A DNA stretch of 64,000 nucleotides. Source: an uncultured delta proteobacterium (lineage in GTDB: Bacteria; Desulfobacterota; Binatia; UBA9968). Below the pieces are notes generated by a model. That model had not been told where the DNA came from and searched no databases. It was given only the letters and a program-made list of their open reading frames with translations. Every line of letters starts with the position of its first letter. The stretch's first letter is position 1. Positions 10,333-18,879 of this stretch are shown in pieces. The position numbers and the translations under genes were made by a program. The stretch is taken from assembly GCA_963727625.1 (NCBI GenBank), contig CAVSHR010000005.1, positions 352,001 through 416,000 on the forward strand, read 5' to 3'.

Positions 10333-11331
10333 ATGGCTAGTACACAAGAAACCAAGGCTGAGATCTTACGCGCTGTGGTCCAGGATAACATCAATGTGAT
10401 CCATGGCGTAAAAGCGACGAGAGTCCAACCCCGCAAGAGCAGGACTCGGATCTGGCTATGGGGCGGCTTGCTCACTGCAGGAACGGCCTATTTCACCCTA
10501 GCTATGGCCGTCATTCCAAAAATAAACACGCCGACTCCAAGCGTAAAACCTGCGCGAGTCTCGACAGCGAGCGCCGGCAATTTTTCGGACACGGATCTTC
10601 TCCTTGCATCTCCCCGGCCGATCGATCGTAAAGCGATTCCGCTTGCGATCAGGACTGTCGTTATCGATGCCGGCCACGGTGGCGAACCGGGGACGGCGGC
10701 AGAATCCGGAATTACCGAGAAAGAAATCACTCTGGATCTGGCGCTGCGCTTGCGTCGCCACTTGAAACAAGCCCCGTTTAAAGTGTTATTAACCCGCGAC
10801 ACGGATCGTCGGCTGCCACTCGACAAGCGCGTGGCCTTCGCCAACCAAAATAAGGCGGATCTCTTTGTATCGATTCACTTGAATTGGATGGAACCGCACA
10901 GCATTCGCGGCGTCGAGACTTATTACGTCGGCCCAACCGATGACCCTTCCGTACTCAAGTTAGCCAGCCGGGAAAATAAAGAATCAGGCTATTCGCTTTC
11001 GGATTATAAGAAAATTCTTGAAAAAATTTACGTTGACACGCGCCGTCATGAATCTCACATTCTGGCGAAAACCGTTCAATCCCAATTGTTCCGGGCGCTC
11101 AAAGAAAACAATCCTGACTTGGAAAATCGCGGCGTCAAAACGGCGCCGTTTGTGGTTTTGATCGGCACACAAATGCCGGCAATCTTGATCGAAGTCGCCT
11201 GCCTCTCCAACCCGGAAGAAGTACAGTTGTTGACAAAAGAGGAGTATCGGGAAAGTATCGCCGTGGCTCTGGCAAGGGGCATACGTAGCTACGCAAACAC
11301 ATTTAATATGGCTGATAGGAAAGGCAGTTAA
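10333..11331 (+). CDS. Membrane-anchored N-acetylmuramoyl-L-alanine amidase (Amidase_3)
   Basis: Zn/catalytic motifs DAGHGG, EKEITL, SIHLN and IEVAC. N-terminal charged tail, one hydrophobic helix (IWLWGG...AVI) and a P/S/T linker. Start could also be 10318 or 10321. Confidence 0.9.
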   Translation: MASTQETKAEILRAVVQDNINVIHGVKATRVQPRKSRTRIWLWGGLLTAGTAYFTLAMAVIPKINTPTPSVKPARVSTASAGNFSDTDLLLASPRPIDRKAIPLAIRTVVIDAGHGGEPGTAAESGITEKEITLDLALRLRRHLKQAPFKVLLTRDTDRRLPLDKRVAFANQNKADLFVSIHLNWMEPHSIRGVETYYVGPTDDPSVLKLASRENKESGYSLSDYKKILEKIYVDTRRHESHILAKTVQSQLFRALKENNPDLENRGVKTAPFVVLIGTQMPAILIEVACLSNPEEVQLLTKEEYRESIAVALARGIRSYANTFNMADRKGS

Positions 11332-11334
11332 TCG

Positions 11335-12366
11335 ATGGACGAAGCAAACGATACCCTCTGTGTTGGGATCGATCTAGGCACCTCTCGCAGCTCCATTTCG
11401 GCATCCAATGGCGAGCGCCACGTCGTGGATAGTTACGTCGGCTGGCCAGTGGACATGGTGGCGCGCAAATTGGTGAAAAAATCCGTGCTCATTGGCCGCG
11501 AAGCTCTGGATAACCGCCCCATGCTGGACCTGCGCCGGCCGCTCGAACGGGGAATAATGAAGGAGGGTTCCGAGAGGGATCAAGAGGCCGTTCAGGAACT
11601 CGTGCGTCATTTGATTTCCTTGGTCGGTATCAAGCAGAAGGGAAAAAACAAAGCAAAGGTGCGCGCTGTAGTCGGCGTTCCGGCAGAGGCCTTTCGTGTC
11701 AGTCGCCAGAACCTGCGCAACACCATCGACGGGATTGCTGAAAGTGTAATGATGGTCTCGGAGCCGTTCGCCGTCGCCTATGGACTTGAAGCGTTGCTGC
11801 ATTCCCTGGTCATCGACGTCGGCGCCGGGACTGCTGATTTTTGCGTGATGCAGGGCCGCTATCCTACCGAAGAGGATCAAAAGACCCTGCCTAACGCGGG
11901 CGACTCGATCGACGAGCAATTGATGAAATTGATTCGAGAACGCCATCCTGACGCTCAGTTCTCGATCCATATGCTGCGCGAATGGAAGGAAAGTCGGAGC
12001 TTTGTCGGCGAGCCCAAGGATCGAGTCATGGTCAGCGTGCCCATCAAGGGGAAAATGACTGAAATCGATATCACCCAGGAAATGCGGACGGCTTGCGAGA
12101 GTATTCTTCCACCGCTGTGCGAAACCATGACCGCGTTACTCATGAAAGTCGACCCCGAGTATCAGGATAAAGTGCGCGACAACGTTATCCTCGCGGGCGG
12201 GACGTCGCTCATTTCCGGACTGCCGGAGGCGATCGCCAACGCGTTAAAAGATTTAGGCGGCGGACGAGCAACGGTGGTCAATGATCCAGTATTTGCCGGG
12301 TCGGACGGCGGCCTCGCCATTGCCCGCGATGCTTCGAGCTCGGACTGGGACAAACTGTCCCTTTAA
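11335..12366 (+). CDS. MamK-like actin-family ATPase
   Basis: Actin motifs GIDLGTS, VGVPA, SEPFAVAYGL, IDVGAGT and LAGGTS. Features recalled as MamK-type: YVGWPVD, PTEEDQ-x-TL-x2-AG, KE-x2-SFVG, PEYQ and a C-terminal W-x2-L. Confidence 0.85.
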   Translation: MDEANDTLCVGIDLGTSRSSISASNGERHVVDSYVGWPVDMVARKLVKKSVLIGREALDNRPMLDLRRPLERGIMKEGSERDQEAVQELVRHLISLVGIKQKGKNKAKVRAVVGVPAEAFRVSRQNLRNTIDGIAESVMMVSEPFAVAYGLEALLHSLVIDVGAGTADFCVMQGRYPTEEDQKTLPNAGDSIDEQLMKLIRERHPDAQFSIHMLREWKESRSFVGEPKDRVMVSVPIKGKMTEIDITQEMRTACESILPPLCETMTALLMKVDPEYQDKVRDNVILAGGTSLISGLPEAIANALKDLGGGRATVVNDPVFAGSDGGLAIARDASSSDWDKLSL

Positions 12367-12459
12367 GGCTCCTATCGGCCCGCGAGGCATCGGGTTAGTT
12401 GTCTGCGCGAACCCGGCGATCATGCCACACGATAACGTTTCATTGCGCTGAAACCGAAA

Positions 12460-12759
12460 ATGAGCGATTGGATTTCCGACGTTCTGCTGTTTTCTGCCGG
12501 TATTGCGGGCGGGGTGTTGATTATGACCCTCATCCCGGTGCTGCGCGCGGATAAACGGCGTCGCACCGAGCTCGTCGCCGCGCGCTCGCGCATCCTCGCC
12601 GACATTAAGGACAAACACGAAGAGGAAATTCTCGAACAGGCCTTCCGAACCACCGAGGCCATTCGCGGCGAACTGGACCATTCGTTACAAACCTTGCGAA
12701 AAACGGTTACAACCGTACTGACGCCGCTGAGCAATCAAGAAATCAATGGCCGCCAATAA
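12460..12759 (+). CDS. Small single-pass membrane protein with helical tail
   Basis: N-terminal hydrophobic helix (VLLFSAGIAGGVLIMTLIPVL), basic stop-transfer RADKRRR, then a charged amphipathic region. Confidence 0.65.
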   Translation: MSDWISDVLLFSAGIAGGVLIMTLIPVLRADKRRRTELVAARSRILADIKDKHEEEILEQAFRTTEAIRGELDHSLQTLRKTVTTVLTPLSNQEINGRQ

Positions 12760-12946
12760 CAATCAATGACTCACGTAAGGCTTTCCGTACAGGGTTCAAT
12801 GACGCTTCAAGCGATTTCGCCGGCGGCCGTCCGTTCGCTGTAAGCGTTGCAGCATAATCCGCAATCTCGATGAGATTGACAAGGCGATAAAAGCGGTGAC
12901 AAAGTGTCAGGCGGAAACGCGCGGATGAAATGACTAAAGGGGGGTA

Positions 12947-13906
12947 ATGGCAGCGGCGCTCGCGTTGCTGCCGATCCAAGCTATGGCGGAAGATTTAATT
13001 AAAATAGGTCTGTTCAATCGCGATGCGGCGATCATCGTCGCCGAAGGCAAGGGCTTTCTCCAGCAGGAAGACATTCGAGTCGAGGTCAACACGGTAACCG
13101 ACTCGCCGACGCTGCTGCGCAATTTGATCAGCGGCAGATACGACCTTATTTTAAATAATGCCGACAACGTTATTGCCTGGGCCGAAGGCCAGGGTGAAGA
13201 CCCGCAAAAAAACGACTTCGTGATTTTTCTTGGCGGCAGCCAGGGCGTCGATCAAAAGCTCGTGGTGGCTCCCGCGATTAAAGACTTCCCAGACCTGAAA
13301 GGGAAGCTCTTGGCCGCCGACGCGGTCACCACCGGTTACGCCGTCGTCGCCATGGCGATCCTGAAAAATCACGGCCTCGAGTGGAAGCGCGACTACAAAG
13401 TCAAGTCCTTCGGCAACACCGTGGCACGCGCCGACGCCATGAGCCGAGGCGAAGCGGCGGGCGCGATGATGAGCATGTCGGACGAAGAAATTCAAAACCG
13501 CGGCTTCAAGGTGCTCGCCCTGGCGCAGGATTACGTCAAGCACTACGCCCGAGGCCTAGGGGCCACGCGCCGGCAATGGGCCAATGCCAACGAAGACTTG
13601 GTCGTGCGCTTTAACCGCGCCATGATCCGCGCCACCGATTGGCTGCAAGATCCAAAAAACCGGGACGAGGCGATTCAAGTATTGTTGAGCGAGAGTAAAA
13701 ACAACCAAGCTCGCGCCGAATCGTTGTACCGCCAGTCGCTCAGTCCGACCATGGGACTCACGCCGCGCAGCCGCATCGACATGGAAGGTATCCGCACCGT
13801 GATCGAGCTGCGCGAAGTTGCCGGTCTGATGAAGCCGCCCGTGCCCAAACCGGAAAAATACGTCGATGAACATTTCTACCAGAAAGCATTGGCGACACTG
13901 AAATAA
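12947..13906 (+). CDS. ABC transporter substrate-binding protein (NMT1/SsuA-like), orphan
   Basis: Signal peptide (AMA-E), AEGKGFLQQEDI, IKDFPDLKGK and KYVDEHFY C-terminus. No permease is adjacent. Confidence 0.85.
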   Translation: MAAALALLPIQAMAEDLIKIGLFNRDAAIIVAEGKGFLQQEDIRVEVNTVTDSPTLLRNLISGRYDLILNNADNVIAWAEGQGEDPQKNDFVIFLGGSQGVDQKLVVAPAIKDFPDLKGKLLAADAVTTGYAVVAMAILKNHGLEWKRDYKVKSFGNTVARADAMSRGEAAGAMMSMSDEEIQNRGFKVLALAQDYVKHYARGLGATRRQWANANEDLVVRFNRAMIRATDWLQDPKNRDEAIQVLLSESKNNQARAESLYRQSLSPTMGLTPRSRIDMEGIRTVIELREVAGLMKPPVPKPEKYVDEHFYQKALATLK

Positions 13907-13949
13907 CCGAAAGATCCACTGCGCAAAGACGCCACAGGGAGAGACTGCG

Positions 13950-14591
13950 ATGAAAAAAAGAGCGGTAAAATTAATCCGCACCGCCGCCTCGACGGCGGCG
14001 GCTCTGATCCTGGTGCTGGGCACTGCCCACGCGCAATCCCCCCAAGGCAAACCCGTGACGATTCGCGGTAAAATTGCCGCGGTGGATAAAACCACCCTCA
14101 AAGTCACTACAGCCGCGGGCCATGTCATGATCAAGTTCGCCGAGAAGACTCGCATCGGCGGGGTCGAAGCCGCCAAGCTCGCCGACATCGGCGCGGGCGC
14201 CTATGTGGGCGCCACCGCCGTAAAGCGGGCCGACGGCACGTTGAAAGCCCTCGAGGTACATATTTTTCCCGAGAGCGCGCGCGGCACGGGCGAAGGGCAC
14301 CGTCCCTGGGATCTGCAGCCCGGTTCGACCATGACCAACGCCAATGTCGAAAAGGTCGATCAGGTGGCGGTTGAAAAAGTTCAAGGCGAGTTATTGACCT
14401 TGCACTACAAGGACGGCCAACAAAAAATTTTCATTCCGCCCGGCACGCCGATCGTGCGCAATGTTCCCGGCAATCGCGCCCTGCTTAAGCTCGGCGCCGG
14501 TGTTTTCATTCCCGCCGTTCGCGGCGACGACGGCACGCTCACCGCGAGGAGAATCACGGTAGGTATCGGCGGCATCATGCCGCCGATGTAG
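13950..14591 (+). CDS. Exported beta-rich protein (DUF5666-like)
   Basis: Signal peptide (AHA-Q), two repeated beta units ending LKALEVHI and LTARRITV, HRPWDLQPGSTMTNA and a C-terminal PPM. Confidence 0.75.
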   Translation: MKKRAVKLIRTAASTAAALILVLGTAHAQSPQGKPVTIRGKIAAVDKTTLKVTTAAGHVMIKFAEKTRIGGVEAAKLADIGAGAYVGATAVKRADGTLKALEVHIFPESARGTGEGHRPWDLQPGSTMTNANVEKVDQVAVEKVQGELLTLHYKDGQQKIFIPPGTPIVRNVPGNRALLKLGAGVFIPAVRGDDGTLTARRITVGIGGIMPPM

Positions 14592-14968
14592 GCGGCTCCC
14601 GCAGGACTTGAATTACCGGTGCACCGCACATCTAACGCGTGGATCGGAACCAAGCCCTATGACTTATTCCTTGAAGCATAAATTTTCTTCCGACCATCAA
14701 TAGATTTGCCTCTAAAACCAAGGCCGGTTCGTGGATCTCTTGCCGACGTCGCTCCGCGCGTAAATCCATCTGCTCACGATAAATGCTGACCGAAGGGTAC
14801 CATGAAAGCCGCGAATTTACCGCAACGGAGGGCAATGCGGCGCGGCATTTGATTGGAATTTAGCAATCATCGAGAGTTTGAGGATTGGCGTGATTGTGTT
14901 TCTTCGAATTGCGCGAGCCGATCGATCGTATCTGCCTCACAGACTATCAGAAACACCCAACCAAACGG

Positions 14969-16342
14969 TCAGTCCCGTTTTACAGGCGGCTGCTTGAAAC
15001 CGGGTTTTACTTTCCAGCCGAAATTCGCGGTCAAGCCGCGTGTTTCATAAGCGCCAACGTCTACCGTCTGGGTGCCGCGCGGTGCGTTATTGAAGTCGCT
15101 GCGCGGCGCCAGCTTGGCGTCGCCTTTGCCGATGAGCGCCGACTCGGGCCGCGGCCATACATCAAACGCGTCCGAGCCGACAAAAACGCTTGCATAACTT
15201 CCCCCGGGCAAGAATCTCTCACTATCCAAGTGAACTCCTATTAACCCTCCTTCAAGAAAGTTTGCACGAATGATAATGCTCTTTCCGTCCAACCCGTCAA
15301 CATTCACGGCCGAGCCGTCCGGGCAATAGACGGCATTATTGGCCAAGATCATATTGACCGCGCCATTCCAACGAATATCCAGGCACGTAGGATGGCCGAC
15401 GATCGTGTTGTTGACGATGGTAACGTCGCGCACGCGGCGATTGGCGGCATGGGGCGCGGCGACGATACCGGCAATCGCAGAGTTGAGGACGAGGTTGTTT
15501 CTGATAATTGCGTCAGCAACGACTTGGATGCCCTCGCCGCAGTTCCACATGGCGTTGCCCTCGACGAGGTTTCTTTCCGGTCCGCCGCCGTAAACGAAAA
15601 TACAGGGGTATTTTCTACCGATGTTGGTGTCGTGAATGACATTGTCGCGCACGACGTTGCCATAGGAGCCGACTTTGATCTCGATGCCGTCGTTGCCACC
15701 GTCGCTGGTGCCGCGCAGATGGTGGATATAATTGCCCTCGAAAAGGCTGTTGGTCACTTTACAGCTGCCGTCGTGACAACCGATATACATCCCCTCCCCT
15801 TCGGTCGGACCGAGTGAATAAAGTCCGGTGTGATGAATGTGATTGCGCCGAATGATCAAAGAATCAACATTGCCGCTGTTGATTGCGATGGCATTGTTTT
15901 GGGTCTCAAAGATCTCGCTATCCTCGATTGTCAAATGACTGCCTCGCATGATCCGCACGCCGATGCTGCCGCCGCGGAAGCGCAAACCGCGAATAATAAG
16001 ATACGTCGAGTCGATGATCTCGATATTGTTCTCCGCCGCATGAGTACGCCGTGATCGGGTAATTACGGGACGCGCTCCCGCCGCCGCGCGGATCACGATC
16101 GGCTTGCCGGGCACGCCTTTGACGTTAATTCCGCGGCGACAGCCTTGCGAATAGACGCCGTCGTGCAAGATCAATTCATCGCCCGGTTGCAGTTTGTTGG
16201 CGATCGATTCGAATTCCTCTTCACAGGACTCGGTCGCTGCCGGATGGATCTCGAAGGTTTCCGCTGCCGCCTTGCCCCGTAATCCGCTTCCACATAAGCC
16301 CAGGAAAACCGCCCCGCAGAGAAATACTTGCCGCACCGTCAT
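14969..16342 (-). CDS. Secreted right-handed parallel beta-helix protein (pectin lyase-like fold)
   Basis: Signal peptide, LQPGDELILHDGVY, repeated IRRNHIHH/FEGNYIHH/VRDNVIHD coils and a C-terminal DVGAYE. Confidence 0.85.
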   Translation of the reverse strand: MTVRQVFLCGAVFLGLCGSGLRGKAAAETFEIHPAATESCEEEFESIANKLQPGDELILHDGVYSQGCRRGINVKGVPGKPIVIRAAAGARPVITRSRRTHAAENNIEIIDSTYLIIRGLRFRGGSIGVRIMRGSHLTIEDSEIFETQNNAIAINSGNVDSLIIRRNHIHHTGLYSLGPTEGEGMYIGCHDGSCKVTNSLFEGNYIHHLRGTSDGGNDGIEIKVGSYGNVVRDNVIHDTNIGRKYPCIFVYGGGPERNLVEGNAMWNCGEGIQVVADAIIRNNLVLNSAIAGIVAAPHAANRRVRDVTIVNNTIVGHPTCLDIRWNGAVNMILANNAVYCPDGSAVNVDGLDGKSIIIRANFLEGGLIGVHLDSERFLPGGSYASVFVGSDAFDVWPRPESALIGKGDAKLAPRSDFNNAPRGTQTVDVGAYETRGLTANFGWKVKPGFKQPPVKRD

Positions 16343-16654
16343 TGACTAGGCTCCGTTGCTAAGCTAAGGGATGGTCGCATACATCCGGGCAAAGGACAAA
16401 GATTCCAGGAATAGGCACGAGGAATCAATTGAGATACTTGGCGTTGTCGCACGGTTAGGCGCTTGGCTGCCGGCGCATCTCAAATCCCGCCGCACGCGTC
16501 GCCAGTGCAATTGACTTTGCCCGCCAGGCGGGCACCAACGTTCGCCGCAAAGCGAAGGCAACCTACGGCAACAGCTTAGCGGAGAATCTCGAGGAAAGCG
16601 GCTTTCTCAAAGAGCGTTGGGGTGGGCCGGCCAAGCTAATTCACAAAGGGAGGA

Positions 16655-17053
16655 ATGACAATGGCGCAAATCAAGCATATCGCGATCCGTACCCATGACG
16701 TGGAAAAGACCGCGCGCTTTTACAAAGAAGCTTTCGGCCTGGAGCAGGTCGGCGCCGGCAAGAACGGTATTTATCTTACCGACGGCCACATTAACATCGC
16801 CGTTTTGAACTTCCGCCCCGCTGTGGAGGGAGAGACCATGAAGCTGGGCGTCGACCATATCGGTTTTCAAGTCGACGATCTGGACGCTGCGTTGGCCCGC
16901 GTGAAAGACGTCGGCGGAAAAGCCTTGAACGAACGCAATGAAGTCGACCGCTCGGATCCGACCAAGCAGCAATCTTACTTCGAAGTAAAGTGCGTTGGTC
17001 CCGAAGAGCAAATTATCGATGTTTCCAGCGCCGGCTGGTTGGGCGCGAAGTGA
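16655..17053 (+). CDS. VOC / glyoxalase family protein
   Basis: IKHIAI, FYKEAFGL and DHIGFQVDD motifs. GGAGG RBS; start may be 16661. Confidence 0.9.
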   Translation: MTMAQIKHIAIRTHDVEKTARFYKEAFGLEQVGAGKNGIYLTDGHINIAVLNFRPAVEGETMKLGVDHIGFQVDDLDAALARVKDVGGKALNERNEVDRSDPTKQQSYFEVKCVGPEEQIIDVSSAGWLGAK

Positions 17054-17084
17054 CTCCGCAAGCGAACAGAAATTTCGGAATATT

Positions 17085-17189
17085 CTCGCAAAGACGCGAA
17101 GCCGCGAAGTTCGGAGTTTAAACTGAAAGTTATTCGAAACGTCAGTATCTCTTCTTTCTAAACTTAGCGCCTTTGCGCCTTCGCGTGAG
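17085..17189. repeat. Inverted-repeat element (CGCAAAG...CTTTGCG family)
   Basis: ctcgcaaagacgcgaagccgcgaag pairs with cttagcgcctttgcgccttcgcgtgag. Related copies at 45643 and 48033. Confidence 0.6.
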
Positions 17190-17235
17190 TCATTTCTGAA
17201 TTCGCGCCGGCCGACAAAAATTTCTCCCAACAATC

Positions 17236-18522
17236 GTGAGCAGAATCGGAAAATCCATCGCCGGCCTTTACTACGGCTGGCGCATGATCGGCATCGTCTC
17301 GGCGCTGCGCGTGCTCGGCGGCGGCTTGCACCAGTACGGCTTCACGGTTTTCTTCTTGCCGGTGACCCAGGAGCTCGGGCTCAGTCGCGCCGCCACTTCT
17401 CTCGCCTTCTCCTTGGCGCGCGCGCAAGGCTCGTTCGCCTCGCCATTAGTCGGCTATCTGGTCGACCGCTACGGCCCCAAGCCCATGATGATGACCGCGG
17501 CGTTCCTTGCCGGGGTCGGCTACATTCTATTTTCCCGGGTTCATGACTACACGAGCTTTCTTCTCGTCTATCTCGGCGTGATCTCGATTTCCTTTACGGC
17601 GGGCTTCGTTCACGCTCCCACCATCGTCGCGAACAATTGGTTCAATCGCTTCCGCGCCCGCGCCATGACCGTCGTTAGCGCCGCGGTTCCCGTCGGAGGC
17701 GCGATCATCACTCCGGCGTTGGCGGTCGCGGTGAGAGCCTTCGGCTGGCGCTGGAGCGCGTTTGGCGCAGGCCTTTTATTTCTCGCGGTGGGATTACCGC
17801 TGACATTTTTCATCCGGCGGTCGCCGGAAAGCATGGGCCTCGCGCCCGACGGCGACTCCGAAACCGAAAAGCCCGGTGCGGCGAGTCCAAGCCATCCTCT
17901 GCCGCGCAGCGCAGCGGACGTTACCGCCCGCCAAGCATTGCGTTCCCCCATATTCTGGACGTTGGTGCTCGCCATGACGGCGCGCTCCGCGGCGTTCACC
18001 ACCGTGACGAGCCACTTCATTCCGATGATGGTGTGGAAGGGATTGAGTCAAACCGAAGCTTCGGTTTTTCTCGCCGGCTTTGCCATCGTCAATCTGCCGA
18101 TCCATTTTCTGCTCGGTTGGATCGGCGATTTCGTCAACAAGCCGAGACTCACGGCGATCTGCATGTTTCTGGGCGTCATCGCCGTGTTGCCGATGCAGTG
18201 GTCGAACTCGCTCTGGGCGCTGTGGTTTTTCACCTGCCTCTACAGCGTGCTCGATGCGTCAATGCCAGTCTTCTGGGCCTCGGTGGGGGATTTTTTCGGC
18301 CGTAAATCCTTCGGCACCATCCGCGGCAACATGAATCTGTTCTACACTTGGGGCTCGATCCTCGGCCCTTTCATCGCCGGCGCCGTCTACGACCGCACGC
18401 AAAGCTATCAGATGGTCTTTTTCGGTATCACCCTAGCCTTACTGATCTCCACCGCCATGACCGCGCTCCTGATCAAGCCGTGGGCGAAACTTGGAACGGC
18501 CGCTCAGGCGCCAATCCACTAA
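17236..18522 (+). CDS. MFS transporter (OFA/MCT-like)
   Basis: YYGWRM start, GYLVDRYGPK motif A, about 12 TM segments, FFGRKSFGTIRG. Confidence 0.9.
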   Translation: MSRIGKSIAGLYYGWRMIGIVSALRVLGGGLHQYGFTVFFLPVTQELGLSRAATSLAFSLARAQGSFASPLVGYLVDRYGPKPMMMTAAFLAGVGYILFSRVHDYTSFLLVYLGVISISFTAGFVHAPTIVANNWFNRFRARAMTVVSAAVPVGGAIITPALAVAVRAFGWRWSAFGAGLLFLAVGLPLTFFIRRSPESMGLAPDGDSETEKPGAASPSHPLPRSAADVTARQALRSPIFWTLVLAMTARSAAFTTVTSHFIPMMVWKGLSQTEASVFLAGFAIVNLPIHFLLGWIGDFVNKPRLTAICMFLGVIAVLPMQWSNSLWALWFFTCLYSVLDASMPVFWASVGDFFGRKSFGTIRGNMNLFYTWGSILGPFIAGAVYDRTQSYQMVFFGITLALLISTAMTALLIKPWAKLGTAAQAPIH

Positions 18523-18879
18523 GCCAGTACGCCGAGAAGATGGTATATCAGACCCCAGGCAGTCCTAAGCGACCTTATGCGTCAGCGTAATGGGTAAAGG
18601 ATTGTGGCCGGGGAGAGGCGAAAGGTTTCTTCGGGTGAGCGTTTCAATCCCAAAAAGCAGTTTCTAAGCCTCCGAATGGAGCGTATTTTAGAAACTTATC
18701 TTGAGTAATCATGACCTTGACCTGCCTGCTAATGGGCGACCCGGTAAGATCCGCAAAACCTCACGCGTGCCACGTGTTCGCTTCACCCGGAACGACGTAC
18801 CGCTGCCATGGCGACGTTTGTCCATCCCTCGGACCACACGGAACTTCTCTGCAATTGCCGGTTCGACTTCGGCTTCTGC

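Noticed and set aside
11335-12366. Magnetosome gene cluster, or housekeeping mreB
   Set aside because: No other mam/mad/mms genes and no mreC/mreD/rodA in the window. The motifs differ from MreB, and magnetotaxis cannot be inferred from one gene.
14632-14850. Possible small gene or gene remnant between convergent genes
   Set aside because: No recognisable motif or RBS in any frame I translated.
18530-18700. Possible IS end or attachment site at the island's left border
   Set aside because: I found no matching inverted or direct repeat at the right border and no tRNA.
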